IMG/VR virus record: IMGVR_UViG_3300032318_000216
Span: 1-26,466 of that record
Direction: 5' to 3' (one strand)
From: a virus
Taxonomy: Duplodnaviria; Caudoviricetes
Length of the DNA stretch: 26,466 nucleotides
Within the stretch, counting starts at the first letter, position 1. The number at the start of each line of letters is the position of its first letter. Below, in pieces: positions 16,127-23,867 of the stretch. Both the position numbers and the translations under genes were made by a program. The notes under the pieces were generated by a model that worked only from the letters and a program-made list of their open reading frames with translations, was not told the DNA's origin and did no database searches.

Positions 16127-16247
16127 TGGTGCTCTCGGGGATAGGCAGGTCTGCTGGCGTTTCTTCGATCAGTACCCATTGGTTTTTCTTTGCATCCAAT
16201 AGGTATGAGCCACCTTCTGATGGGAGAGGGGGTAGTTCCTTCGCCAC
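16110..16247 (-). CDS. Hypothetical 45-aa protein upstream of the tail tube (not in the ORF track)
   Basis: GTG start: MAKELPPLPSEGGSYLLDAKKNQWVLIEETPADLPIPESTNGIES*. Overlaps the tube start and follows a promoter-like motif. Confidence 0.7.
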   Translation of the reverse strand: MAKELPPLPSEGGSYLLDAKKNQWVLIEETPADLPIPESTNGIES

Positions 16248-16271
16248 GATCGCCAGGTGTTAACGCCATCA

Positions 16272-16283
16272 ACAGGCTATGGA
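16272..16283 (-). promoter_or_regulatory. Putative late promoter motif TCCATAGCCTGT
   Basis: Intergenic; hexamer 26 nt before GTG 16247. Confidence 0.65.
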
Positions 16284-16289
16284 GCACCT

Positions 16290-16718
16290 CTAGGTGGTCA
16301 GATCGGTCACGCTGGAGCGGTAGCGCACGTTGTAGGTGCAGACGGTCCAGAGTGCGGGTTGATCGGCCTTCTCCATCTGCGGGTCCACCGTGCCGGGGAA
16401 TATGTCCATGGCCAAGCCGCCGAGGGTGCGGTCAGCCATGAGCTTGCCGTGCAGGCTGATGATGATCGGATCGGCCAGCTGATCAGGAATGGCGCCACGG
16501 GTGTAGACCGCGATCAGCACCGGCAGCCGCCAGTCGATCTTGCAGTTACTCACCAGCTCCTCTGATGCTGAATCGGTGCCGGGTTCGATTACGATCGCTG
16601 GCGCTTCGTTTCTGGCGAACGCTTCCACCCTGGACCTGTAAATCCTGGTGCTAACGCCTGTGGTGCCAACCAGGGTTGTTGCGATGGCCGCCAGGATTGA
16701 TTCGCGCTTGGATGGCAT
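16290..16718 (-). CDS. Tail terminator / completion protein
   Basis: 'KRESILAAI...L...RIYRSR...P.I...L.ADRTLGGLA...Y.VRYR'; position upstream of the tube gene. Confidence 0.8.
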   Translation of the reverse strand: MPSKRESILAAIATTLVGTTGVSTRIYRSRVEAFARNEAPAIVIEPGTDSASEELVSNCKIDWRLPVLIAVYTRGAIPDQLADPIIISLHGKLMADRTLGGLAMDIFPGTVDPQMEKADQPALWTVCTYNVRYRSSVTDLTT

Positions 16719-16726
16719 TGGTGCTG

Positions 16727-16999
16727 CTAGTGCTGACTGTCAGTCTGTGCATCGCCACCGAAGAACACCCTGGCCGGCCAATGCGGCGTCACCAGATACT
16801 TCTCCCACGCATCAGGCGGCTCACCGGCAAAGTTCACATGCCAGCCGCTCCTGGGAATGTCGTCCTTAATGATGGTGCCGATCTCATCAATGGCGTGGGA
16901 GTGGCTGGCGGTAATCAGCTCGCCTTCTTCGGTGAGCAGGCCCTCGGCCTTGGCCAGTGTGCGGAATTGGGTGCGGGATTGGAATTTGTAGCAGTGCAT
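16727..16999 (-). CDS. Hypothetical protein (fiber-associated partner)
   Basis: 'HAIDEIGTI...GWHVN...YLVTP..P.RVF.G', immediately after the fiber gene. Confidence 0.75.
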   Translation of the reverse strand: MHCYKFQSRTQFRTLAKAEGLLTEEGELITASHSHAIDEIGTIIKDDIPRSGWHVNFAGEPPDAWEKYLVTPHWPARVFFGGDAQTDSQH

Positions 17000-17001
17000 G
17001 G

Positions 17002-18057
17002 CTAGAGGGTTATGGATTGCAGCGTGGGGTTGGGGAGGCGTTGGGTCCAGAAGGTGAAGCGGCGGATCGTGCTGCTGAACCCGCCAATGGGGGCGGTTTG
17101 GCTATCCCTTACTCCAAACATAAGTCGAGTCGCGGCAATGACTGGAATTACGGTTGAAGAAGTGTCCAAGGCTCCTGCGATAGAGTTTCCGTGGCTTGCG
17201 CTTGAAAAGGCCACAGCTTGCTTATATGACGTATTTGCAACTAAAGCAGGGGGTGCAATAATTTGAGTCCAAATAACGCTAGTGGTGGCTCCTGTCACAG
17301 TAGGATTAATGCGTCCCTGTCGAATTTCAAGCCTGTTATTATTTGCAACAGGATTTATTGCTACAAATCCAGTAGTTGCGGTAAAAGCAGGAGTCGATCC
17401 ATCAACAAACATTGTCCCCTCATCCTGTCGAAACCACGAACTAAACGCACTGCCCGTGATGTCTACCACATCAGCAGCGCGGGTGGCAGTGGCTCCGGTG
17501 GTGGCGATGTAGGAAGTCCTAAACGCACCGGCCTCAAGCTGTGCATTGGTAACAGTGCCGCTCACTGTCAGCGTCAGGCTGCCTGCAGTCGGGGTAAACG
17601 TCAGGCTGACCCGATTAGCCTCGCCAGTGCCGGTGCCAACCAGCGGGCCGGCGGTGCTGACGCCTGTCAGCGTGATGGTGCCGGTGCCGGTGAAATGCAG
17701 CGTATGGGCGACAGCGGTAACAGTGGCGCTCTGGGTTGACAGCGTGCCGCTGTTCAACAGCAAATTCGTCCTTGCCTCCTCCACCAACAACCCCAAGCTC
17801 TCGCCGGTCGTGGGGTTGTGGTCGAACCTCGGCTCATTCGTTGCTGCCGTCTGCGGCGTCCCAGCACTATCCACAAACGTGCCAGAGCTGGAGCGGGTGA
17901 TCGTGACCAACTGTTGCCCAGTGACTGCATCAATCAGGCTCTTGTTGTCAGCAAATCGCAGGTCAAGCGATGGCACGGCGCGAGCGCGGCGCCAGAGAAA
18001 GTCCTTAGCCCAGGCAGGGACGGTTAGCGCACGCTGAGCAACGAGCAGACGACTCAC
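17002..18057 (-). CDS. Head/tail fiber-like protein with a C-terminal lectin (LamG/ConA-like) domain
   Basis: 'PSLDLRFA...TRSSSGTFVD..G...PRFDH.P.TGESLGLLVEEARTNLL', 'AQLEAGAF.TSYI.T.GATATRAAD', ending 'QRLPN..LQSIT'. Confidence 0.75.
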   Translation of the reverse strand: MSRLLVAQRALTVPAWAKDFLWRRARAVPSLDLRFADNKSLIDAVTGQQLVTITRSSSGTFVDSAGTPQTAATNEPRFDHNPTTGESLGLLVEEARTNLLLNSGTLSTQSATVTAVAHTLHFTGTGTITLTGVSTAGPLVGTGTGEANRVSLTFTPTAGSLTLTVSGTVTNAQLEAGAFRTSYIATTGATATRAADVVDITGSAFSSWFRQDEGTMFVDGSTPAFTATTGFVAINPVANNNRLEIRQGRINPTVTGATTSVIWTQIIAPPALVANTSYKQAVAFSSASHGNSIAGALDTSSTVIPVIAATRLMFGVRDSQTAPIGGFSSTIRRFTFWTQRLPNPTLQSITL

Positions 18058-18629
18058 AGGCCAGCCTCAAGGGTGACTACAGACAAATCAAATGACACAG
18101 CAGACACAGGCGTAAAAGCGCCCCTGGTTTCAATCTCAATAAACAAACTTGTGCTAGCCGCTGCCAGCTTGATCAGCCTGCCGGCGTAGTCGGTTTGCGT
18201 ATAAATTGAACTGCCAAAGTCTTGCGGCGTAGGTAGATCAACGTAGCCTAGATATTTGCCGTGATCCGTGGTCAGAAGATCAAAAGCTGCATTATCTGCA
18301 ATGGCAGTAGGACTTGCATTGTAAAAATGCACCCTAAAGGACGACATTCCTGCTGGCACCGAAGTGTCATGCGTTGCCATTGAAATTGACTGGATCAAAA
18401 CATATCCGCCGCTTGGCCCTGCCGTGGTCAGCGTGTGAATCGCTGATCCGCCAGTTGCGCCAACAACGTCGCCAGCGGCGTAGGCGGTGGTGTTGCTCGG
18501 GCGAACGAAGGTGGTAGTAGAGCGGTAGGCCTTGCCGGCAACACCTTGAGATGCGGGAAAGTACAGATCACCCAGCTCACCTGGGATGTCCGGCTTGTTG
18601 ATTCGTACTGCGGCAACCAGGTCAGCCAT
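18054..18629 (-). CDS. Virion structural protein (beta-rich)
   Basis: 'RPSNTTAYAAGDVVG', 'PTAIADNAAF'; coupled to the fiber gene. Confidence 0.7.
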   Translation of the reverse strand: MADLVAAVRINKPDIPGELGDLYFPASQGVAGKAYRSTTTFVRPSNTTAYAAGDVVGATGGSAIHTLTTAGPSGGYVLIQSISMATHDTSVPAGMSSFRVHFYNASPTAIADNAAFDLLTTDHGKYLGYVDLPTPQDFGSSIYTQTDYAGRLIKLAAASTSLFIEIETRGAFTPVSAVSFDLSVVTLEAGL

Positions 18630-18650
18630 GATCAGATCCAGTGGTGGGGG

Positions 18651-18929
18651 TCAGGTCTTTTGAAGCGTGATCTCACAGAACACACCATCTTCAATCAGTC
18701 TATTCTCGCGGATTGTGTAGGCCGCGCCGTTAACCGTGATTGACGCGCCATAGGCCAACGTTCCAAACTTTGACGCCTCACACCTGAGGCTATAGTCAGT
18801 GGTGATGATCATGCCATCAGCCACCAGCTCGCCTGGCATGTCCAAGATACCAACACCAGAAACGGCGCCAGCAGTTACGCTGACGCCGAAGTCTGCCAAG
18901 AACGCATCTAGGTTCTCGGTGAGTGTCAT
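18651..18929 (-). CDS. Head-tail joining protein (gpFII-like)
   Basis: 'FLADFGV...GILD.P...ITVNG..YTIR...DG.F..I.L'. Confidence 0.75.
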   Translation of the reverse strand: MTLTENLDAFLADFGVSVTAGAVSGVGILDMPGELVADGMIITTDYSLRCEASKFGTLAYGASITVNGAAYTIRENRLIEDGVFCEITLQKT

Positions 18930-19318
18930 CAGCCGTACTTCTTCAGGCCGTAGCCGTTGACGGAGTAGATGGTGGTGCCGCTGGCGGCGATGGTGCCAAC
19001 GAACCGGATGTAACGCTTGAGAGCGTCACGATTCAGGGTGATCACCTGCTTTGATGCGGCCTGGGCAACGGCAGTGAAGCCGCCGCCGGTTGCGTCAGAG
19101 AAGTCGCCAGCGGTCGTGGTGTCGCTGTGCTGGATCTTGCCGGTCATGGTGCCGGAAGCAGCAGCAGCGCCAGCATCCAGAATCACTTGGATGTCACCGT
19201 CAAAATCGTTGAGGTCAGCGATGTTGGTGGTGGCGCCAGTGAAGGTGGCGGACTCAGACGCGACAGGGTGGAGCGGGAAGTGCTGGAGTTTCTCCAGTGT
19301 TTGTTGAAAGATGGCCAT
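18929..19318 (-). CDS. Capsid decoration / cement-like protein
   Basis: 'KIQHSDT...FSD.TG..F......L..LKRYIR'; located after the capsid gene. Confidence 0.65.
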   Translation of the reverse strand: MAIFQQTLEKLQHFPLHPVASESATFTGATTNIADLNDFDGDIQVILDAGAAAASGTMTGKIQHSDTTTAGDFSDATGGGFTAVAQAASKQVITLNRDALKRYIRFVGTIAASGTTIYSVNGYGLKKYG

Positions 19319-19321
19319 TGA

Positions 19322-19522
19322 TCAGGCGGGGGTAGATTTGCGGGGGCGAGGCTTCCGCGCCTCAGGCATGGGACATGCCATCTCGATTGGTTGAGTCTCC
19401 GCCTCCTTTGCTTTGCCGTTACCGACTAGGTAGCGGCCATCAGCATCGGATACATCAATCAATTCACCAACCCTTGCGGGGATGCCTTTGATGGATGTTT
19501 GGCGGAGGATCTCAATCAGCAT
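19322..19522 (-). CDS. Small capsid-adjacent protein
   Basis: 'IEILR.T.I.G....GELIDVSDADGRYLV..GKA' with a basic tail. Confidence 0.75.
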   Translation of the reverse strand: MLIEILRQTSIKGIPARVGELIDVSDADGRYLVGNGKAKEAETQPIEMACPMPEARKPRPRKSTPA

Positions 19523-19536
19523 CGTTATGTCTCAGA

Positions 19537-21741
19537 TCAAAGGGTGTTGTTGCCGCGGGTGAACGCCTCGGGGTGGCGCACAGCTACGTCAACGTCCTGG
19601 AGTGCAGTTACCCGCACACCGCCGGAGGTATCCAACGCGTAGGGGTTCACTTGTAGATCCAGCGCACCCCAGGTGCCCATGATCATCTGATCCCAAACAC
19701 CCAGAAATACATCACCAGATGCAACCTGATTGGAACGGACTACGTTGTAACCGTTCACAGTGCCGCCGGGCTCAAGGACGAACTGAGCGGTGCTGCTGGC
19801 CTTCTCGGTGGTCTTGAAGCCGCCGTAGATGGTCGAGTTGGTGACGTAGGAGATGGCGCCGATGTCGGCGTTGTCGGCCGCAATAAGCGTCTCCATTTCC
19901 ACCAATTCGGCGTAAGTAGGAGCGGCGGCGTTGAAGTCCTTGGTGTTGATGCCGGTGATGAGCTTCAAGCCTTGGGGCTGGTTGGTGTTGCCCAAACCGT
20001 AGAGCGCAGCGCGGTCGATCTCAAGAGCGATCACGGTGGCCAGTTCATTGCGCACCATGGTCTCCACGTCGATAGACGACTGGAGCAGGAGGCGGCGGCT
20101 GAACTCGGTGTAGGCGCCGAGGGTTTTCGGCGTCATGTTCACCTGATTAACCGTGGGGCTGCTCTCGGTGAGCGCGCCCTTCTCAGCCACCCAGTAGGCA
20201 GTGCCAGCACCGCTTTGGGCGGGGATAGCAACAGGGCCATTAAGGCCGCTCAGCATCGTGACGCCAAGGGTGTTCAGCGCCAGGCGATTGCGCAGCAGCT
20301 CGATGAAGCTGCCAGGCCGTGCATCGGTGAAGACCAGATCACCAGCTGCAGAGGCAGTGCCAACGGTCAGATCACGCTGGAGCACCTCATTGCTGATCAG
20401 GTAGCCGCGAGCGCTGACGCCCATCTGCTGCTCAACAGCAGCGGAAACCTCACGCTCAAAGCCGGCGGCCTCGTATGCAGAGCGATCGTTAGGGAACGCC
20501 TGTGCACGGATGGCGCGCAGGAAGCTGTAGGAGCGGGCTTCCTTGTCGCTCAGGCCAATATCAGCCGAACCACCGGAGGCGATGGGCTGAGCAGCGGCTG
20601 CCTTGGGGGCGGCAGGCTGGCTGGCGCGCTTGCCGATGGCGGCCAGCACTTCCTTCATGGCATCAGATTCAGAAGCGCCACGCTCAATCAGGCCTTGGGC
20701 CAGATCGTCAGCGGCGTGGGTGCGGCAAAGGCCGGTGATGCTGGAGACGCGGGCGCGCTCGTCGGCCGCAGCCTGAGCCCGCACCTCTTCAAGGTTGATG
20801 GTGTTTTCCACGGGTTGAATTTGGGATTGGGTTTGGTCTGCGGCCGGGGCCGCGGTTGTGGCATCGAGCTGGCGCCCGATTCCGACGGAGACATCAGCAG
20901 GGACCGACACCACCGAAACCTCATGGGGTTGCCATGAGGTCGCAACGATGGAGCCGTCGCGTGTCTGATCCGCGTCGTTGATGCTGTAGCCAACGGAGAC
21001 ATTGCGCAGGATGCCGTCGCGGATATCGGCCAGCTTTTCCTCAGCAAATGCTGAGCGGCTGAACCGAACCGCGACCATCCCGCGCCTTTTCTCGCCGTCA
21101 ATCCACCCGCGCTCAACAACGCCGAGCACCTGATCTGGATTGTGATTCCAGAGCAGGGGCGCGCCATCGTTGAGGCGGGTGAGATCAACAGATTCGGAGT
21201 CGTGGCTTAGCACCTCGTCTCCAAACCACCGAGCTACCGGGGCCTCACTGCTGAAGCTGAACTCCAGCGACCGTGATTCCTCTCCAATCGCGCTGGCATC
21301 GAATGACGCAACGCGGCGGAGCGGCTCACGGTTAAGGTCTCGATGTTGCACCGGCAAGGCTGTATCTGGCCTCAGGCTATGCACTAGGGCTCGGTCCTCT
21401 CTGACGTTCTCAATTGCGGCGCCTTTGCTGTTGCTCCAGGTCTGGCCAGGGTCACCGCCCCATGCCGCCCATGCCACGCGGCCGGGACTGGGATAGCCAT
21501 CCTCTCCAGGACTGAAGCCTTCGCCCTGCTTATCAACTTCATGCCGGGCAAACCAGGCTCGCATGGTGATCACGGTGTCCGGGCTCAGCTCGTCGCCGCT
21601 CAATATCTGGCTGGCCCTGGCGGCTGCCACGTCGGTGCCGCCAGGCTCGCCATCAGCCTTCCATGCTCGATAGCGCTCAGCCTCGGTGCGCATCCCGGCG
21701 GTCGGCATCAGGTTGATCTCTGTCCCGTTGACGTTGGCCAT
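19537..21741 (-). CDS. Major capsid protein fused to an HK97-type prohead protease and an extra N-terminal domain
   Basis: Protease 'FSSEAPV.R..G.EVL.H...PLLWNH...G.LRNVSVGY...W.P.EVS.VSVPAD..VG.GR'; HK97-fold capsid 'WVAE', 'PKTLGA...SRRLLLQS', 'DVAVRHPEAF'. Confidence 0.92.
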   Translation of the reverse strand: MANVNGTEINLMPTAGMRTEAERYRAWKADGEPGGTDVAAARASQILSGDELSPDTVITMRAWFARHEVDKQGEGFSPGEDGYPSPGRVAWAAWGGDPGQTWSNSKGAAIENVREDRALVHSLRPDTALPVQHRDLNREPLRRVASFDASAIGEESRSLEFSFSSEAPVARWFGDEVLSHDSESVDLTRLNDGAPLLWNHNPDQVLGVVERGWIDGEKRRGMVAVRFSRSAFAEEKLADIRDGILRNVSVGYSINDADQTRDGSIVATSWQPHEVSVVSVPADVSVGIGRQLDATTAAPAADQTQSQIQPVENTINLEEVRAQAAADERARVSSITGLCRTHAADDLAQGLIERGASESDAMKEVLAAIGKRASQPAAPKAAAAQPIASGGSADIGLSDKEARSYSFLRAIRAQAFPNDRSAYEAAGFEREVSAAVEQQMGVSARGYLISNEVLQRDLTVGTASAAGDLVFTDARPGSFIELLRNRLALNTLGVTMLSGLNGPVAIPAQSGAGTAYWVAEKGALTESSPTVNQVNMTPKTLGAYTEFSRRLLLQSSIDVETMVRNELATVIALEIDRAALYGLGNTNQPQGLKLITGINTKDFNAAAPTYAELVEMETLIAADNADIGAISYVTNSTIYGGFKTTEKASSTAQFVLEPGGTVNGYNVVRSNQVASGDVFLGVWDQMIMGTWGALDLQVNPYALDTSGGVRVTALQDVDVAVRHPEAFTRGNNTL
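21372..21383 (-). promoter_or_regulatory. Putative internal late promoter motif TGCATAGCCTGA
   Basis: Inside the capsid fusion ORF, 22 nt before in-frame GTG 21351 at the start of the protease domain. Confidence 0.55.
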
Positions 21742-23279
21742 CAGCTCAACGCCTCCAGGTCGTCTTCGTTGTCGTCTTGGTCGGGTTGATCTGGTTGGTC
21801 GATCTCGTCGTCGGTCTCGGGCGTGGCTGATGCGGCGCCGCCCTGCATATCGTCGGCTGGGTTGGTGTCGAACTGGATGCCTAGCTGCTGGGCGCGCTCC
21901 ACCTCTGCAGCGCGAGCAATCAGCAGGTCTTCCAGGTCGCCGCCCTGCTCAGCCACGATCTGGGCCTGAGTAGCGAAGCCACAGCGCACCGCTTCTTTAT
22001 AGGCAGCCACCTCCTTCTGTGGGTCCACCCAGCCCCAGCCGCGAGGGAACCACTGCACGGCCTCAAAGCGCTCGGGCGCTAGCTCGTAGCCGGGGAGGTT
22101 GATGGCGCTGGCGCCGACTGATGCGGCCAGCCAGCGCTCAAACACTGGCCGGTGCAGATGCTCAATCAGGAACTGCTGCAGGCTGCGCCAGTTCTCGCGG
22201 GCCTCAAGCAGCTCCAGCCGACTGCTGCTGTAGTTGGTCTGGCTGTAGTCGCTGCTCAGCGTGGGATAGGGCACACCAGTGGTGGCGCTCACGGCGCGCA
22301 GCATTGCGCGCAGGAATGGCTCAAACTGGCCGTCTGGTGCGTCGAGCTGTGGCACGTTGACGCTCTCGCCCGGGGCCAGGTACTTGAAGACGCCAGGTTC
22401 AAAATTTGAAACCCGTTCGCCATCTTCAACGTCATCACCAACCAGTTCACCTTCGGGGCTTTGGATGAAGCCCATCAGGCTGGACGATGCCCTGGCCCTG
22501 ACTACTTCGGCCTCCTCAAATCCTGCTAGGTGATGCAGGCGCTTGACGGCTGCAGCAAACCATGTTACGCCTCTCGTCTGGCCGGGGCGGTCCAACAGCG
22601 CGAGGTGCAGAACTTCATCTGCGGGCACCTCGACCAACTTGTAACCAACGCTGCCGGCGATGTCGCCCGGGTGCCGGGTGCGAAATGCGTATGCAATCGG
22701 CCTGCCCCAGCGGTCGGTCTTGACGCCCATGCGCCACTCGTTGCCATTCGCGTCCGGGCCGACGGTCTTGCCCTCGTCCACCAGGTCAGACTCAAGGATC
22801 TCCAGCGCTAACGGCGTGTTGCCACCGCCAAAGGATTGCGGCACCAAGCGAATAAACACCTCGCCAGATTCAGCAATGGCCTGAATGGCCAGGCGGCTGA
22901 TCTCCACGAAGCTCAAGCGGCCAGCGGTGTGGCAGGTCGATGGGCGGCACCAGCGCTCCCAGGCGCTCTCGATCTGACGATTCAAACGCTCATCAAGCCG
23001 GCCGCTGCCGCGCTGCATCGGGATGCGTGATTGCATCCGAATACCATGGCCAACCACATTGCAGCCGATGGCGCGCAGTGCCTGGCGGGCGTAGGCGTTG
23101 TCGCGGACCAGCTGCCGCGCCCTATTGCGCAACCGAACCAAGCTGCCATCAATCTCAGCGTCTGCTGATGTCGAACTGGTTACCCAGTCAGCGGTCAGCC
23201 GCGAGACCATGGCGCCCTCGTAGGCGCGGCGGCGTGGTGCGACCGGGGCCTGTGGCTGTGACTTCTTGCGCTTGCTCAT
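21741..23279 (-). CDS. Portal protein, lambda family
   Basis: 'RAYEGA', 'LRNRARQLVRDN', 'RPGQTRGV.W', 'DYSQTNYSSSR', 'WVDPQKE'. Confidence 0.95.
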   Translation of the reverse strand: MSKRKKSQPQAPVAPRRRAYEGAMVSRLTADWVTSSTSADAEIDGSLVRLRNRARQLVRDNAYARQALRAIGCNVVGHGIRMQSRIPMQRGSGRLDERLNRQIESAWERWCRPSTCHTAGRLSFVEISRLAIQAIAESGEVFIRLVPQSFGGGNTPLALEILESDLVDEGKTVGPDANGNEWRMGVKTDRWGRPIAYAFRTRHPGDIAGSVGYKLVEVPADEVLHLALLDRPGQTRGVTWFAAAVKRLHHLAGFEEAEVVRARASSSLMGFIQSPEGELVGDDVEDGERVSNFEPGVFKYLAPGESVNVPQLDAPDGQFEPFLRAMLRAVSATTGVPYPTLSSDYSQTNYSSSRLELLEARENWRSLQQFLIEHLHRPVFERWLAASVGASAINLPGYELAPERFEAVQWFPRGWGWVDPQKEVAAYKEAVRCGFATQAQIVAEQGGDLEDLLIARAAEVERAQQLGIQFDTNPADDMQGGAASATPETDDEIDQPDQPDQDDNEDDLEALS

Positions 23280-23851
23280 CTTCCAAACCTCACGAATAGC
23301 GAGCGCGGATCACCCAGGCCGGCGGCCACCTTCTCGGCGGCACGCTCGCGGGCGACGATCGCTTTGAGCTGTGATTCCCGTTGCATCAGCTGGGCTAGGT
23401 CAGCGGCGTCAAACTTCCTGCTGCCGATCGTGTACGACTTGGCGCCCTTGCTGACGATCGAGCGGATAGCAGCCTGCACCGCTGCTAAATCTTGCTCGGC
23501 CTGGCTCTGGCCGTTGAACGCGGCAGGCGTGCCGGTGTAGTTCAGGCCTGGCTGCACTTGCGTAGTGCCAGATCCCACGGTGATCACCGTGGCGCCGCTG
23601 GTGATTCGGCTCTGCCAGCTCCAGACGCCGGTATCAAATGCGCTCGACGTGGTGGCGGTGATCGCCATATTCCAGCCGCCATCGGCGCGAGCTGTGCCGG
23701 TCACCGTGGCGCCTTCGCTGGCAGCGTTGAAGCGCAGAAACGTCGTAAACGTCCAAGCCGCTGACGTGGCAGCGTTGCCGTCCAGGTCGAGCGCAGCCGG
23801 CTCCACCCATGCCACTGTGTCGCCAGCGCGGATTGTCGCAGGGACTGTCAT
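23276..23851 (-). CDS. Head-tail adaptor (gpW-like C-terminus) with an N-terminal beta domain
   Basis: Between terL and portal; C-terminal 'L.AVQAAI......SYTIG.R....DLAQL'. Confidence 0.75.
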   Translation of the reverse strand: MTVPATIRAGDTVAWVEPAALDLDGNAATSAAWTFTTFLRFNAASEGATVTGTARADGGWNMAITATTSSAFDTGVWSWQSRITSGATVITVGSGTTQVQPGLNYTGTPAAFNGQSQAEQDLAAVQAAIRSIVSKGAKSYTIGSRKFDAADLAQLMQRESQLKAIVARERAAEKVAAGLGDPRSLFVRFGR

Positions 23852-23855
23852 GGCC

Positions 23856-23867
23856 TCAGGCTATGGA
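23856..23867 (-). promoter_or_regulatory. Putative late promoter motif TCCATAGCCTGA (leaderless arrangement)
   Basis: Immediately after the terL stop; the hexamer ends 6 nt before ATG 23851. Confidence 0.65.

Noticed and set aside
18784-18796. Extra TAGCCT copy (ACTATAGCCTCAG) inside the head-tail joining gene
   Set aside because: The flanks deviate from the motif and the next gene start is more than 150 nt away; probably chance.
19972-20937. Long + strand ORF (321 aa) and similar antisense ORFs (12680..13462, 24399..25226, 4670..5245, 2474..3019)
   Set aside because: These are shadow frames opposite well-supported high-GC genes, with no recognisable motifs.
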